64,000 nucleotides of DNA from a phage. Location of the stretch: sequence record PZ179883.1. One strand, given 5' to 3'. The position numbers and the translations under genes were made by a program. Below, in pieces: positions 37,456-48,154 of this stretch. Under the pieces are notes generated by a model. That model was not told the origin of the DNA. It ran no database searches and saw only the letters and a program-made list of their open reading frames with translations. Within the stretch, counting starts at the first letter, position 1. Every line of letters begins with the position of its first letter.

Positions 37456-40152
37456 TCAGCCAAACAGGAAGTCTAACGAAGCTTTTTCCTCATAGTCCAT
37501 ACCCGCCGATTCACACATACCCGCAAGCGGTTTAACAAACGATTTTTGGAACAAAGTTGAGTAGTCAATCCAAGACAGTACATCAGAACGAATTTCTTTT
37601 GGAAGTTCCGTACCCGATGGCCAAGCAATGCACTTGTCACCAAATGGATTTCCCTCACGTAATGGAAGAACCATTACCTTATTTCCATCCAAAATTGGAG
37701 CTACACCTAAACCGCTAACAGCTCGACGATAAGTTAGCACCCCACGAATGTGGAACGGGCATTTAAATCCTGGCCAACCTTTATCGTCATATTTCGCTAT
37801 ATCGTTCGCAGTTTTTACTTCAGCAATAACTTTATAGTCAAGTTGACGATATTCTTTCTCAAAGTTCTTATAGTATTCTTGGACAGACTCTTCACCTTCC
37901 TGAAGAATGCGACGAATACTTTCTTCGAGAGCTTCTTGTACTGCTTTTGGTGTTGAACTCTGCTGAGTTTCCATACCCATGATTTTTAGATGTGGTTCAG
38001 CAAATCGTTTATCTTCCATATCATAAACGTTCAGAGCATAACGTTTTTTCGCTTTCCAAAATCCACCAACACCCTTTGAACCAAGCGGAGGACAAGAAAT
38101 AGCTTCACGGTCCATATGCATCAGATGCTCGCGGTTATTCATATAATCACATAACTCACGATATGCAACATCAATCATAGGTTCCATCTTTTTCTTACCA
38201 AACTGATTCATGAATTCAACTAAATCATTTTGTTCTTTAAAGCGATCAAGACCTACTTTTTCAATAACTTTATCTACACAAACATATACCGAATCAGTAT
38301 CACCCGCTGCGATGAAATCTTCGCCATTAGTTCCACACACCTTATTCAAGTATTCATTAATTTTACGAGCAATCCACTGAATACCAACTTGACCAAAAAT
38401 TGTGATAGCAGTAGCATTTCGCAAATCATAATAACGGAAATGAATATTACCAAGAGCACCATAAAGACTGTTGATAAGAATTTTACGGTTTAGCTGATTT
38501 GTGTTAGCAAGAGTAGCTGCTTTTTCACATTCTTCAATCAGACTATTAAGAACAGATTCGGTGTAATTCGATAATTCATTTAAGAAATCATCATTGAACT
38601 TAACATATCGTTCAACTTCTGGTTTAGTTGAACAAGACCCTGCACCTTTCATAATAATCTTTTTAATAGCTTCGGCATTCATTTCTTCGGCGAACATTTT
38701 CTTTTTCCAATCTTTACGCTGGAAAAATACTTTAGCGATTTCCTTTGGAATGATACCTTCTTGGTGCTTATCATACATCCATCCATTCGGAGAGCAAGAA
38801 TATTCATCACTTGGCTTAGGAGCTGTTCCTGCGATGTATTCATGAATTGGATGAACTTTGAACTGACCACGAATAGTTTCAGGACTAATGTTAACCTGAC
38901 GAATAATGCTAGGATACAGAGACGTCAAGTCAAAACTCATAATGTATCGACGGGCAATCGCTTTAGGTTCAAACACAAATGCACCTGGAAAACTTTGTTT
39001 AACGTGCGAACCTTGTTGAGGAATAACCTTGTGTTCACCTTTCAATGAGTTAAAAATAATAGCATCCCAAGTTTTAATAGGACTCATTACACCAGAAAAA
39101 GGCATTTTAGCGTAATAAGACATACTTAAAACTAGATCGATAAACCCACGAATTTTATCAATTGCTTGAACTGATTCTACGTCAATGATGTTATAACTAA
39201 TGTATCGTTGATGATTAGTCTCACGAAGTTTATTAATAGGACCGTCGTATGGTAATTTACCTTTTTTGGTTTCATGTTGAGCAACTGATTCCAAAGAGAA
39301 TGATGGCAAATTAGTAAATGCGAATTTTTTGTACAAATCTAAATAATCAAGAATAGATACGCCATCAATAGAATAAATTTCTTTGCTACCGTACATATTT
39401 TGAATTAGTTTAGATTTTACTCGACCGATTGGGGAGAAGCGTTTCATACTGCGTTCGCCCAGAACCATTTTAACGCGATTCATGATATACGGAACGTCAA
39501 ATCCCTCAATATTCCAACCGGTAAAAATAGCAGGTCGTTTCTGTTCCCAGAGATTAATATATTCCATGAGCATATCACGCTCATTATCAAATGGCATATA
39601 AATTACTCGGTCAAGAATTTCTTGAGGAACTTCATCACCACCTTCACAGTCAAGCTTAGCAGCTAACTTTGCATCCCATTTTGATACTGAACCGTACATT
39701 GAATTCAAAAGGTCGAAAACATAAAAACGATCATCAATTGAATCGTAATGAGTGATAGCATCAATTTCATATTCAGCTTTCATTGGGTCAGGAAATTTAT
39801 CACCAGTAACCTCAATGTCACAGTTAGCTACACGAACAAATTTTCGGTCATAAACAATTTCTGAACCATACGTATCACTGATATAAGCGAGTTTAAAATC
39901 GTTCATACCGAGAGCTTCGAGACCGATGTCTTCCATTCGCTTCATCCAATCTCGAGCATCTTTCATTGATGGAAATTTTTGAGGAGCGCAGTTTTTACCG
40001 TAGATGTCTTTGTATTTTGACTCTTCCTTACAATGCCTAAACATAGTTGGAAGATATTCTACTTCACGAGTACGTTCCTTTCCGTTTTCATCAATATAAC
40101 GTTCAACAATATTATTTCCGACTGTTTCGATAGAGATATAAAATTCTTTCAT
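37456..40152 (-). CDS. 43: DNA polymerase gp43 (family B), 898 aa
   Basis: Translation MKEFYISIETVGNNIVERYIDENGKERTREV…; exonuclease and pol motifs (YGDTDS); 898 aa as T4. Confidence 0.97.
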   Translation of the reverse strand: MKEFYISIETVGNNIVERYIDENGKERTREVEYLPTMFRHCKEESKYKDIYGKNCAPQKFPSMKDARDWMKRMEDIGLEALGMNDFKLAYISDTYGSEIVYDRKFVRVANCDIEVTGDKFPDPMKAEYEIDAITHYDSIDDRFYVFDLLNSMYGSVSKWDAKLAAKLDCEGGDEVPQEILDRVIYMPFDNERDMLMEYINLWEQKRPAIFTGWNIEGFDVPYIMNRVKMVLGERSMKRFSPIGRVKSKLIQNMYGSKEIYSIDGVSILDYLDLYKKFAFTNLPSFSLESVAQHETKKGKLPYDGPINKLRETNHQRYISYNIIDVESVQAIDKIRGFIDLVLSMSYYAKMPFSGVMSPIKTWDAIIFNSLKGEHKVIPQQGSHVKQSFPGAFVFEPKAIARRYIMSFDLTSLYPSIIRQVNISPETIRGQFKVHPIHEYIAGTAPKPSDEYSCSPNGWMYDKHQEGIIPKEIAKVFFQRKDWKKKMFAEEMNAEAIKKIIMKGAGSCSTKPEVERYVKFNDDFLNELSNYTESVLNSLIEECEKAATLANTNQLNRKILINSLYGALGNIHFRYYDLRNATAITIFGQVGIQWIARKINEYLNKVCGTNGEDFIAAGDTDSVYVCVDKVIEKVGLDRFKEQNDLVEFMNQFGKKKMEPMIDVAYRELCDYMNNREHLMHMDREAISCPPLGSKGVGGFWKAKKRYALNVYDMEDKRFAEPHLKIMGMETQQSSTPKAVQEALEESIRRILQEGEESVQEYYKNFEKEYRQLDYKVIAEVKTANDIAKYDDKGWPGFKCPFHIRGVLTYRRAVSGLGVAPILDGNKVMVLPLREGNPFGDKCIAWPSGTELPKEIRSDVLSWIDYSTLFQKSFVKPLAGMCESAGMDYEEKASLDFLFG

Positions 40153-40195
40153 AGATATTCCTTAGTTTATAGCCCGAGTTATTAGGCTCTTGATA
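40153..40195 (-). promoter_or_regulatory. Candidate gp43 translational operator (hairpin plus SD region)
   Basis: Short hairpin AGCC-UAAUAACUCG-GGCU just 5' of the SD AAGGAA on the mRNA; architecture resembles the T4 gene 43 autoregulatory site. Confidence 0.4.
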
Positions 40196-40213
40196 TATTA
40201 TACTCCAAATAAG

Positions 40214-40226
40214 GGGCCGAAGCCCC
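40214..40226 (-). other. Tetraloop hairpin GGGGC-CGAA-GCCCC between regA and 43
   Basis: Perfect 5-bp G/C stem with CGAA loop. Confidence 0.45.
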
Positions 40227-40230
40227 TTGC

Positions 40231-40599
40231 TTAATTACCAATCGTATATTTGGGAACGAGTTTCCATTCATGTTTTTGTTTAAAAGAAATAACTCGGAAG
40301 TTATTAGTTAAATCTTTCATAAAAGTTCTTTGACCAGGAACGATTTCAATCAGTCCCCAATCTTCTAACAGCCATGCAATCGAATCACGACGAACTTCAT
40401 CTTCTTCTGTCATTTCAACTTGACGGCCATCCATACGAAGCATTTCTTTAAAATGAACGATATAGTATAGTCCTTTTTTCTGGAGAATATGACAGGATTG
40501 ATACAGAACTTTATCTTTATTATTAGCAATTCCCATGCGAGTCAAGGTTTCTTTAACTTTCAGAAAATCTTCAGGTTTTTTAAGAGTAATTTCAATCAT
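40231..40599 (-). CDS. regA: Translational repressor RegA (122 aa)
   Basis: Translation MIEITLKKPEDFLKVKETLTRMGIANNKDKVLYQSCHILQKKGLYYIVHFKEM… matches recalled T4 RegA. Confidence 0.95.
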   Translation of the reverse strand: MIEITLKKPEDFLKVKETLTRMGIANNKDKVLYQSCHILQKKGLYYIVHFKEMLRMDGRQVEMTEEDEVRRDSIAWLLEDWGLIEIVPGQRTFMKDLTNNFRVISFKQKHEWKLVPKYTIGN

Positions 40600-40600
40600 T

Positions 40601-41164
40601 TTACCATTCCAATGCTAGTTTTTTGAGTTGTTTCTGTTCTTTTACGTTCTTAGTCACTTCTTTCAAAAAATCATCCGTGACTAAACCTTTTAGTTCTTTT
40701 AATACTAAAGGAAGTTTTCCATTTTTAGTAAGAATTGATTTATAGTTAATTGCATCATTTGTATTAACTTGATACCGCTTAGCAAGTAACTTAATAATCA
40801 ATACTTCAGTAGAATCTTCAACCAGTTTTGCCCATTTACCATATCTTTTACCCCGAGGAACAGCAGCCATCAGATAATTAAAATGGGCTTCATCGCTTAA
40901 ACCTGATCCAATTAAATTCATAGCATATACAGCTGGCATGCACTCAGGAAATTGTGATAATGCATTCTCAACCATGTATTTTGAATAATCTTTTTGAGCA
41001 ATAGAGCATTTAGTTTTATTATTGATAGCCCCAATTATTTCAAAAAACTCATTTTCAGCTTTTTCTTTAAAAGAATCAGCAGCAGATTGGACAGCTGTCC
41101 AATCTTTTGAATACCAAGCAACTTGATGCTCGTTTAATTGAATATCATCTTCAAATAAGCTCAT
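40601..41164 (-). CDS. 62: Clamp-loader subunit gp62 (187 aa)
   Basis: 187 aa; position between 44 and regA. Confidence 0.9.
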   Translation of the reverse strand: MSLFEDDIQLNEHQVAWYSKDWTAVQSAADSFKEKAENEFFEIIGAINNKTKCSIAQKDYSKYMVENALSQFPECMPAVYAMNLIGSGLSDEAHFNYLMAAVPRGKRYGKWAKLVEDSTEVLIIKLLAKRYQVNTNDAINYKSILTKNGKLPLVLKELKGLVTDDFLKEVTKNVKEQKQLKKLALEW

Positions 41165-41165
41165 A

Positions 41166-42140
41166 TCACTTCCACTGCATTTCGCATGCCAATTGAATGA
41201 AAAGATATGCTAAATGTAATTCAGTATTAGCCGCAATTCCATGATACTGGTTATTTTCACCAACAATTTCATACATACGAATAATACTTTGCGGAGTTAC
41301 GCGTGTATAAATTTCTTCGGCAAGTTTACCTACGAACCACGAATAATCAGCTGCATATTTTGGTGCTAAAGCTCTGAGCTGTTTAACATCTTTATTTTTG
41401 AGAGATTCAAGAACATCATCAATAGCACCACGATCGTTAGTAACCAGTGATAAAATACCAGCATCCAAAACACCTTTAGATGAATAACTATCGAGCTCAC
41501 CAATAGTTTTACGAAAATCAGGAAAATTCTTTTTAACCAAAGCTGCTACAACTTTCATATCAGCTATAGCAATTCCTTCATGCTTACAGATTTCAGTCAA
41601 TCGACGAATCATCTGCTTCATCATTTCAATTTTATCTTCATCGGTCGGTTGACCGAATGTAATAACTCGGCAGCGTGACTGAAGAGGTTTAATAATACCA
41701 TCAATATTGTTAGCAGTAATAATAATACTACAGTTTGAACTATAAGCTTCCATAAAGGAACGAAGATGTCGCTGAGACTCTGCTAGCCCTGAGCGGTCAA
41801 ATTCATCAATAACAATTACTTTTTGACGACCATCAAATGAAGCTGCACTAGCAAAATTAGTCAAAGGACCGCGAACGAAATCAATTTTACAATCTGACCC
41901 ATTCACAAACATCATATCAGCATTTACATCATGACACAATGCTTTCGCTACGGTTGTTTTACCTGTTCCTGGAGAAGGAGAATGAAGAATAATATGTGGA
42001 ATTTTACCTTTACTTGTAATAGATTTAAAGGTTTCTTTATCAAAGGCGGGAAGAATACATTCATCGATAGTAGATGGACGATATTTCTGTTCAAGAATGT
42101 GTTCTTTTTCATTTACAGTAATCATAATTTCCTCATTCAA
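41166..42140 (-). CDS. 44: Clamp-loader ATPase gp44 (AAA+), 324 aa
   Basis: Walker [10 protein letters not shown], Walker [12 protein letters not shown]-like motif. Confidence 0.95.
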   Translation of the reverse strand: MNEEIMITVNEKEHILEQKYRPSTIDECILPAFDKETFKSITSKGKIPHIILHSPSPGTGKTTVAKALCHDVNADMMFVNGSDCKIDFVRGPLTNFASAASFDGRQKVIVIDEFDRSGLAESQRHLRSFMEAYSSNCSIIITANNIDGIIKPLQSRCRVITFGQPTDEDKIEMMKQMIRRLTEICKHEGIAIADMKVVAALVKKNFPDFRKTIGELDSYSSKGVLDAGILSLVTNDRGAIDDVLESLKNKDVKQLRALAPKYAADYSWFVGKLAEEIYTRVTPQSIIRMYEIVGENNQYHGIAANTELHLAYLFIQLACEMQWK

Positions 42141-42157
42141 GTTTTAGTGTAAATTAT

Positions 42158-42175
42158 AAAGGGCCGAAGCCCTTT
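42158..42175 (-). other. Tetraloop hairpin AAAGGGC-CGAA-GCCCTTT between 45 and 44
   Basis: Perfect stem with CGAA loop. Confidence 0.45.
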
Positions 42176-42176
42176 A

Positions 42177-42863
42177 TTAAAAGTCGTGGGTAGAATCAGC
42201 TTCAAGAGCTACTACATAATTCGCATGTTCACCTTCAAATTTAGCAGCGCCTTGTTTACCTTTTGCCCAGAGAAGAAGTTTATAATTTCCTGGTTGCATT
42301 TTCATATTTGCCATATTGATAATGAAATTAAATGTATTTTCACCATCATAATCACCAAGAGTCAAAGAATATTTAACACGGGTCAAAGCAGAATCTTCTA
42401 CTTTGTTAAAACCGTTAATTACAATTTTACCTTCTTTTACTGTGATAGCAATTGTATCAATCTGCAGACCGCGAGATACACGCAACAGCTGTTGAAGGTC
42501 TTCAGCTTTAATTTCAGTAACAACAGATGCTACCGGGAATGGAATTGGTTTATTAGGAGCAACTACTGTACTCGGATCGGCTGCTGGCCAAAAAATTGTT
42601 GAACGGGCATCAGCAATTTTAATATTACCATCTTCTGACTGGGAAATTTCTGCATCATCATTAACGAGAGACAGAATACCAAGAAAACCGTTCAAATCGT
42701 AAATCGCTACATCAAAATCAATAGTGTCAGAAATATTTGCTTCCGCATAAGTTGTACCATTAACCGCGCGAGTCATAATAAATTGACCGGATTTAAGCAT
42801 AATACCAGAGTTAATAGTAGCGAAATTTTTAAGCAGAGCAGTAGTATCTTTAGACAGTTTCAT
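42177..42863 (-). CDS. 45: Sliding clamp gp45 (228 aa)
   Basis: Translation MKLSKDTTALLKNFATINSGIMLKSGQFIMTRAVNGTTYAEANISDTIDFDVAIYDLNGFLGILSLV… matches recalled T4 gp45. Confidence 0.95.
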   Translation of the reverse strand: MKLSKDTTALLKNFATINSGIMLKSGQFIMTRAVNGTTYAEANISDTIDFDVAIYDLNGFLGILSLVNDDAEISQSEDGNIKIADARSTIFWPAADPSTVVAPNKPIPFPVASVVTEIKAEDLQQLLRVSRGLQIDTIAITVKEGKIVINGFNKVEDSALTRVKYSLTLGDYDGENTFNFIINMANMKMQPGNYKLLLWAKGKQGAAKFEGEHANYVVALEADSTHDF

Positions 42864-42919
42864 GTAATTTCCTTCAATTCAAAATGAGATTTAATTTTAT
42901 AACTAATTTAATAAAGCAA

Positions 42920-43309
42920 TTAACGATTAAAATCAGCAGCAATTGTTTCCGCAACAATTTGAGCAGCAACAATTAGACGTTCATCTGCATTACCGCAATA
43001 ATCATCTTCAAGGCGTTCACCGCATGAAGTCATAATAAATTTAGCACCAGCATTTAGAGATTCTGTCGTATGTTTGCGCATTAGTTCAATCCATTTATCA
43101 CTCACTTCACGATCGATAGCTTCATAATACGCATGACGAGCAGGTGCAGATTTAATTTTATTCTGAATAACTTCCATTGCGTTATCAGAAAGAGACAAAA
43201 CCCATGCTCGACGAATTTTATTTTGGTTTTGCGGATTTGATTCAGAACGCACGTGTTTTGGCTGAATATCTTTTACATCAACAGTATAATTCACAGTAAT
43301 TTTAGTCAT
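42920..43309 (-). CDS. rpbA: RNA-polymerase-binding protein RpbA (129 aa)
   Basis: 129 aa at the T4 rpbA position. Confidence 0.8.
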   Translation of the reverse strand: MTKITVNYTVDVKDIQPKHVRSESNPQNQNKIRRAWVLSLSDNAMEVIQNKIKSAPARHAYYEAIDREVSDKWIELMRKHTTESLNAGAKFIMTSCGERLEDDYCGNADERLIVAAQIVAETIAADFNR

Positions 43310-43318
43310 AATACACCT

Positions 43319-43507
43319 TTAGTCATAATAATCAGTAACAGTCCAAGCTTCATTCCTGTTGGACATTATTTTCGTATATTCTGATTTAAATGCATTCTTA
43401 AGCATAGATTCAGTAACTATATGCTCTTCATTAGAAAAATTATTTCTCAGAATATATCGTTTTATTTCAGGAATAGTTAATAAATGCTGTCCAGTTGAAT
43501 ATTCCAT
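43319..43507 (-). CDS. Hypothetical protein (62 aa), 45.2 position
   Basis: ORF. Confidence 0.6.
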   Translation of the reverse strand: MEYSTGQHLLTIPEIKRYILRNNFSNEEHIVTESMLKNAFKSEYTKIMSNRNEAWTVTDYYD

Positions 43508-43562
43508 GTTTTTCCTCCATAGAGATTATACTCTAATAAATTAAAGCATAATCTCTTATAAA

Positions 43563-45245
43563 TTAAACCATTACAGTAAATCGACCAACTTTCTTCATTT
43601 GAAGATGCTGACCATATTCTTGCGGGTCATGGTCTTTATGCGAAATTATAAAAACATTAGTGTTTTTCATTGAATTTATAATATTAGCTACACCTTTAAT
43701 ACCTTCGGCATCAAATGACCCATCAAACACTTCATCAAGAATTAATGTACTAATACTAACACCAGATACGATAGAAGCAATATCACGCCAAGTAAATAAA
43801 AGAGCAATATCAATTCGTGCCTTTTCACCTTCACTAAATGAAGCATAACTAAAATCTTCACGACCACGGGATTTAATTGTCTCATTAAATTCTTCATCTA
43901 ATGTAAACACATAATCCGCTTCCATTATTTTAAGATAATGGTTAATCTGCTTATTAAATAATGGAATGTACTTTTTAATAATAGCACCTTTAATACCAGA
44001 ATCTTTGAGCATATCAGTCAAAATTCCTCGGTGGTATTTTTCCATTACTAAATTAGTTTTTGTCTTAACAATTTTATCAAGTTCTTCTTGAAGCAATGCT
44101 ATTTCATCAGCATGGTCAATAAACTCGGATGATGCTTTTTCTATAGCTGCTTTAACTTTTTTAGCTTTATCTACTGTCGTGATTAGAGATTGCTTTTTAT
44201 TGCGAATATCATTTGCCAACGACTGCTGGGTTTTAATATTATCTCGGTATTCATCAACAAGAACTTTTAAATTATCACGATGTGTTGAAAGCTGTTCAAA
44301 CGAATGCGTACATTCAGAAACTTTATCTTTAATTTTAGAAACAACTTTATCACCGGAACTTAATTGTGACAAGCAGGTTGGACATAATCCACCTTCGTGA
44401 TACATATTAATGACTTTATTATACGAGTCAATTTTTGATTTAATTAAAACTGCTTCTTGACCGATTTTATTAAATGCATCAGTCGGGTCTTCATCTAAAA
44501 CAATATTAACTAATCTTTCATTAGCTTCTTCTATTTCCGATTTTAGCGTTCTAGCTTCTTTTGCCAAATCATCATACATATTTTGAAGACGAGTAAGGTT
44601 GTCACCCGTTAATTTTTTCTGGCGTTCAACGTTATCATTATATATTTTAATTTGTTGGATAATACTATCTTTTTTAACGTCAAGCACTTGGTTTTGTGAA
44701 TTTAATTCACGTATTAGTGCTTTATTAAGCTTATCCATTTCAGCTAATGTTCCTACCTCAAGCAGGTCTTCCACAAGCTTTCTTCGCGCAGGGGTCGACA
44801 AACCCATGAAAGGGGTATACCCTGCTGTACCAAGGACAACAATCTGCTTGAAACTGGCATATGACATTCCGATAAGCTGTTCAAATTCTGCTTGGAAATC
44901 TTTACTGCTGGCAGATTCATTAAGACGTGTACCGTTAACGGTGATTTCGAAAACGTTTGGTTTTTGTCCTCTTTTGATATAGTACTTTTTCTCATCATAT
45001 TCCATCCACAGTTCAACTAAAAGTTCTTTCTTATTTGTGCTGTTTATTAATTGGCCTTTCTTTACATCACGAAATGGCTTGCCAAAAAGCCCAAATGTGA
45101 TGGCTTCTAACATAGTAGACTTACCACCGCCATTTCGTCCAGTAATAAGAGTTTTTTGAACCTTATCTAATTGAATGTCAATAGGATTTCCACCTACTGA
45201 CATTATATTTTGATACCTAACTCGGTTTAGTTTAAAATTCTTCAC
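43563..45245 (-). CDS. 46: Recombination nuclease subunit gp46 (Rad50/SbcC-like ATPase), 560 aa
   Basis: Walker A GRNGGGKST, central coiled coil with CPTC zinc hook, signature/Walker B LILDEVFD. Confidence 0.95.
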   Translation of the reverse strand: MKNFKLNRVRYQNIMSVGGNPIDIQLDKVQKTLITGRNGGGKSTMLEAITFGLFGKPFRDVKKGQLINSTNKKELLVELWMEYDEKKYYIKRGQKPNVFEITVNGTRLNESASSKDFQAEFEQLIGMSYASFKQIVVLGTAGYTPFMGLSTPARRKLVEDLLEVGTLAEMDKLNKALIRELNSQNQVLDVKKDSIIQQIKIYNDNVERQKKLTGDNLTRLQNMYDDLAKEARTLKSEIEEANERLVNIVLDEDPTDAFNKIGQEAVLIKSKIDSYNKVINMYHEGGLCPTCLSQLSSGDKVVSKIKDKVSECTHSFEQLSTHRDNLKVLVDEYRDNIKTQQSLANDIRNKKQSLITTVDKAKKVKAAIEKASSEFIDHADEIALLQEELDKIVKTKTNLVMEKYHRGILTDMLKDSGIKGAIIKKYIPLFNKQINHYLKIMEADYVFTLDEEFNETIKSRGREDFSYASFSEGEKARIDIALLFTWRDIASIVSGVSISTLILDEVFDGSFDAEGIKGVANIINSMKNTNVFIISHKDHDPQEYGQHLQMKKVGRFTVMV

Positions 45246-45505
45246 AAAAGATTCCTTTTAATGTATCTTTTAGACCATTCTATCATATCATCATAATCTA
45301 AAAAGTATTCATCAAATTCAGCCATGCAAACAACGCCTTGTGCTGTTTTTGATGTAATATAAATTATTCCAACATATCTAGAATCTTCTTCGGTATAATC
45401 AATGTTTGCTATGAATTCATCATTAATGTCAAATGTCGAAAACTTCACAGTATGCATCCTTAATACAAGATACGGCCATATCTCGCAATGATTTAGGTGT
45501 GTCAT
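45242..45505 (-). CDS. Hypothetical protein (87 aa), 46.1 position
   Basis: ATGA-coupled to gene 46. Confidence 0.55.
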   Translation of the reverse strand: MTHLNHCEIWPYLVLRMHTVKFSTFDINDEFIANIDYTEEDSRYVGIIYITSKTAQGVVCMAEFDEYFLDYDDMIEWSKRYIKRNLL

Positions 45506-45692
45506 TATCTAAAATGTTGAAGTTAAAAGATACAGCCCAGTCAGTGCAGACCGTAACCTTTTTAATACAATTATCTTCAACCTTTAGCGGTTCAAACCAA
45601 TATTCAATAATTTCTTTATGCCCAATATCATCTTTTACTTCGCATTCAAAATGCTGACTCATCATAACATTTTTAAATTCATCAAAAGTCAT
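45429..45692 (-). CDS. Hypothetical protein (87 aa), 46.2 position
   Basis: Overlaps neighbour; start may be downstream. Confidence 0.5.
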   Translation of the reverse strand: MTFDEFKNVMMSQHFECEVKDDIGHKEIIEYWFEPLKVEDNCIKKVTVCTDWAVSFNFNILDNDTPKSLRDMAVSCIKDAYCEVFDI

Positions 45693-46708
45693 TGTGTTGC
45701 CTCTACATATAACTGATTTGCATATTGAATAAGTGCTTCGCGATCAGAATCAGTGATGTCTGGAATTGCATTAATGTATTCTTCCATCAACGTCTGAAGA
45801 GATTGAACTTCCACTTCTTCGTTATCATCTGATTCGACAGAGTTATCAATCTTTGACACAACTCGTAATGAATGCACAACTTTTTCTAGTTCAGATTCGA
45901 ACTTCGTTAGATTTTTGTCTACCTCAGTTACTATAACACGTACTGATAGATTTGTAAAATCTTTATAGTCAATTTTTCCCTTAAATGGATATTGAATTCG
46001 ACGATGCCAGGTAGTGTTGTTTGGAATAAATTCCATTCGTTCTGTTTCTGTATCAAACATCCAGAATCCACGAGGGTCATTCTCGTCACCTGCAGTTAGT
46101 GTCCATGGTGTCCCAATATATCTGACGTTAGCAGCCTCAGAGATAGTATGGAAGTGACCAGACCACACCTCTTTATAAGTCTTAAGGAAATCAGGTTCAA
46201 GACCGTGAGATTTCATTCCTTTATAAAAATAAAATCCATTCAGCTCCCAGTGACCGACACAAAAAGAAGCAGATGAAGTTTTGATGTGTTCAAGAATTTC
46301 ACCAGTATTTTCTTCACACATCCAAGGAATTAAATCAATCAAGCATCCGTCAAAATCTACTGTAGTAGGCTTATCATATACTTTAACATTAGGATATTTA
46401 GCCAAAAGCTCAGTAGAAGCATTTGGATGCATTACATTTTTATAGTGGAGATCGTGATTTCCTACAATAGTATGTAATGTGATTCCAACGTCATCAAGCA
46501 TTTGAACTATTTCACGAGCAAACTCCATAGTTTTATGCGTGATTGCTTTTCGCACATCAAAAATATCACCATATTGAATCCATGTAGTAATTCCATTTTT
46601 CTTAGAATATTCTATCGCTTGTTTAATTCCATCAATTTGAATACCGCGAATCCATTCATCATCAGCTTTAACGCCTAAATGCCAATCACCTAAATTTAAA
46701 ATTTTCAT
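45689..46708 (-). CDS. 47: Recombination nuclease subunit gp47 (Mre11/SbcD-like), 339 aa
   Basis: Calcineurin-like phosphoesterase motifs (LGDWHLG, GNHD, GHWE); 339 aa. Confidence 0.95.
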   Translation of the reverse strand: MKILNLGDWHLGVKADDEWIRGIQIDGIKQAIEYSKKNGITTWIQYGDIFDVRKAITHKTMEFAREIVQMLDDVGITLHTIVGNHDLHYKNVMHPNASTELLAKYPNVKVYDKPTTVDFDGCLIDLIPWMCEENTGEILEHIKTSSASFCVGHWELNGFYFYKGMKSHGLEPDFLKTYKEVWSGHFHTISEAANVRYIGTPWTLTAGDENDPRGFWMFDTETERMEFIPNNTTWHRRIQYPFKGKIDYKDFTNLSVRVIVTEVDKNLTKFESELEKVVHSLRVVSKIDNSVESDDNEEVEVQSLQTLMEEYINAIPDITDSDREALIQYANQLYVEATQ

Positions 46709-46845
46709 ATATCAAGAACCGTCGTTGAAATGCAAAATAAAATTATTGAAATAAATCCATCTGGAGTACTAAAGAACCCAATCCAACACGCTCTGGTGAA
46801 CAAATAAAACGCTAGAAAAAGTATCACATATCCAAGAAATATCAT
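46705..46845 (-). CDS. Small membrane protein (46 aa), 47.1 position, not in ORF track
   Basis: Manual translation MIFLGYVILFLAFYLFTRACWIGFFSTPDGFISIILFCISTTVLDI; ATGA overlap with the gene 47 start. Confidence 0.35.
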   Translation of the reverse strand: MIFLGYVILFLAFYLFTRACWIGFFSTPDGFISIILFCISTTVLDI

Positions 46846-46868
46846 TATATCAAACTCCGTATAAAGCT

Positions 46869-46886
46869 AAAGGGCCGAAGCCCTTT
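46869..46886 (-). other. Tetraloop hairpin AAAGGGC-CGAA-GCCCTTT at the 3' end of alpha-gt
   Basis: Perfect stem with CGAA loop overlapping the agt stop. Confidence 0.45.
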
Positions 46887-48087
46887 ATTTTGTAATAATG
46901 TCAAACTGTTCTTTAAAGCAGAAGCTTGAATCTTGGTGCTGATACAAAAATTCATAAGCTTTTTCACGTTCGCGGTCATAAAGAGCTCGGTCAGATGACA
47001 GTTCTTTAATACGTTCAAATGTTGATTCCATGTCATTTTCATCAAACCAAACGATACCGCTATCATGAGAAATTAATGGAGTATTATCAACACGGAATTT
47101 TAAATTTTCGCCCGTAGATTTCCAAAATACCGGAATTGTTCCACATGCACCAAGCTCGAGATGAGTGTATTCTAAAGAACGCTGTAGATATTTTTTGTCC
47201 AACTTACTCAGCTGATAACCAAATCCGGATTTACTCATGCGTTCAAGCATTTCGCTATTTACATAACGGTCAAGAATTTGCGTTGGCAAATTAGGAGCAA
47301 TTTTAATTTGGTCTACTTGATGAAGACGATAATACTCGTATGGAATTCCTTTTTCTTTAATAGGAATGAACGCTGGAGAACGTTCCAGACCTTCCATAAT
47401 AGTACTTAGTCCTGCAGGTTTAAGATGTTTTTCATGAAAATCAAACATCTGATAAAAGCCTTTCCATGTAGTCGTACGACCAATCCAACGGTTGATATTC
47501 ATGTTAATTTCAGAAACATCTTTCCAGTAGGTTGACCGAACCTTCGCAATATCCATAGGAGGCTGAAAGTTATATACGGTCGGCGCTTCTTCAATATCAT
47601 CAAACAGAGAAACTGTTTCTGGATACCATTCTTTCATCAAAACTTTATTAAAGTCACCATTATCAGAATGGCTAAAAATAACATCAGCTCGACGAACAGT
47701 TTCTTCTAATCCCAAATTTCGGCGCAAAGAAAGAGAAGAATGGTCATGTTGATAAACTACAACACGAACCGAAGGTTTAATGTTATCAATAATTTTTTTA
47801 TAGTTATTAATAGTGTCTTCTTCAACCGAAGTAGCAGGAACTGAATTGATAATTAGAATATCACAATCATTTACCAGCTTAAGTGTTTTATCGTATTCTT
47901 TTGCCAATAAAACCGGAATTGAAAATGATTTATAATCATGCGCACAATTACGAGTAAATGATTTATCTTTAGCATAAACCAAAGTTACTTCATGACCATT
48001 TTTAATAAACCAATCACGCTGCTCAAGAGAAAATTTAGTTACACCGCAACCTTCAAGACCTCGAGCCATAAAAATACATACTTTCAT
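46885..48087 (-). CDS. agt: DNA alpha-glucosyltransferase (400 aa)
   Basis: Translation MKVCIFMARGLEGCGVTKFSLEQRDWFIKNGHEVTLVYAKDKSFTR… matches recalled T4 alpha-gt; 400 aa. Confidence 0.92.
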   Translation of the reverse strand: MKVCIFMARGLEGCGVTKFSLEQRDWFIKNGHEVTLVYAKDKSFTRNCAHDYKSFSIPVLLAKEYDKTLKLVNDCDILIINSVPATSVEEDTINNYKKIIDNIKPSVRVVVYQHDHSSLSLRRNLGLEETVRRADVIFSHSDNGDFNKVLMKEWYPETVSLFDDIEEAPTVYNFQPPMDIAKVRSTYWKDVSEINMNINRWIGRTTTWKGFYQMFDFHEKHLKPAGLSTIMEGLERSPAFIPIKEKGIPYEYYRLHQVDQIKIAPNLPTQILDRYVNSEMLERMSKSGFGYQLSKLDKKYLQRSLEYTHLELGACGTIPVFWKSTGENLKFRVDNTPLISHDSGIVWFDENDMESTFERIKELSSDRALYDREREKAYEFLYQHQDSSFCFKEQFDIITK

Positions 48088-48140
48088 TTAATATCCTCTT
48101 TGTTTTGGTTTATTTTACCAAAAATTTATAAAGCAATATA

Positions 48141-48154
48141 GGAGCCGAAGCTCC
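48141..48154 (-). other. Tetraloop hairpin GGAGC-CGAA-GCTCC
   Basis: Perfect 5-bp stem with CGAA loop. Confidence 0.4.

Noticed and set aside
46845-47066. 73-aa ORF overlapping the 3' end of alpha-gt in another frame
   Set aside because: Nested within the well-supported agt gene; a shorter ATGA-coupled 46-aa ORF (46705..46845) explains the intergenic coding potential better
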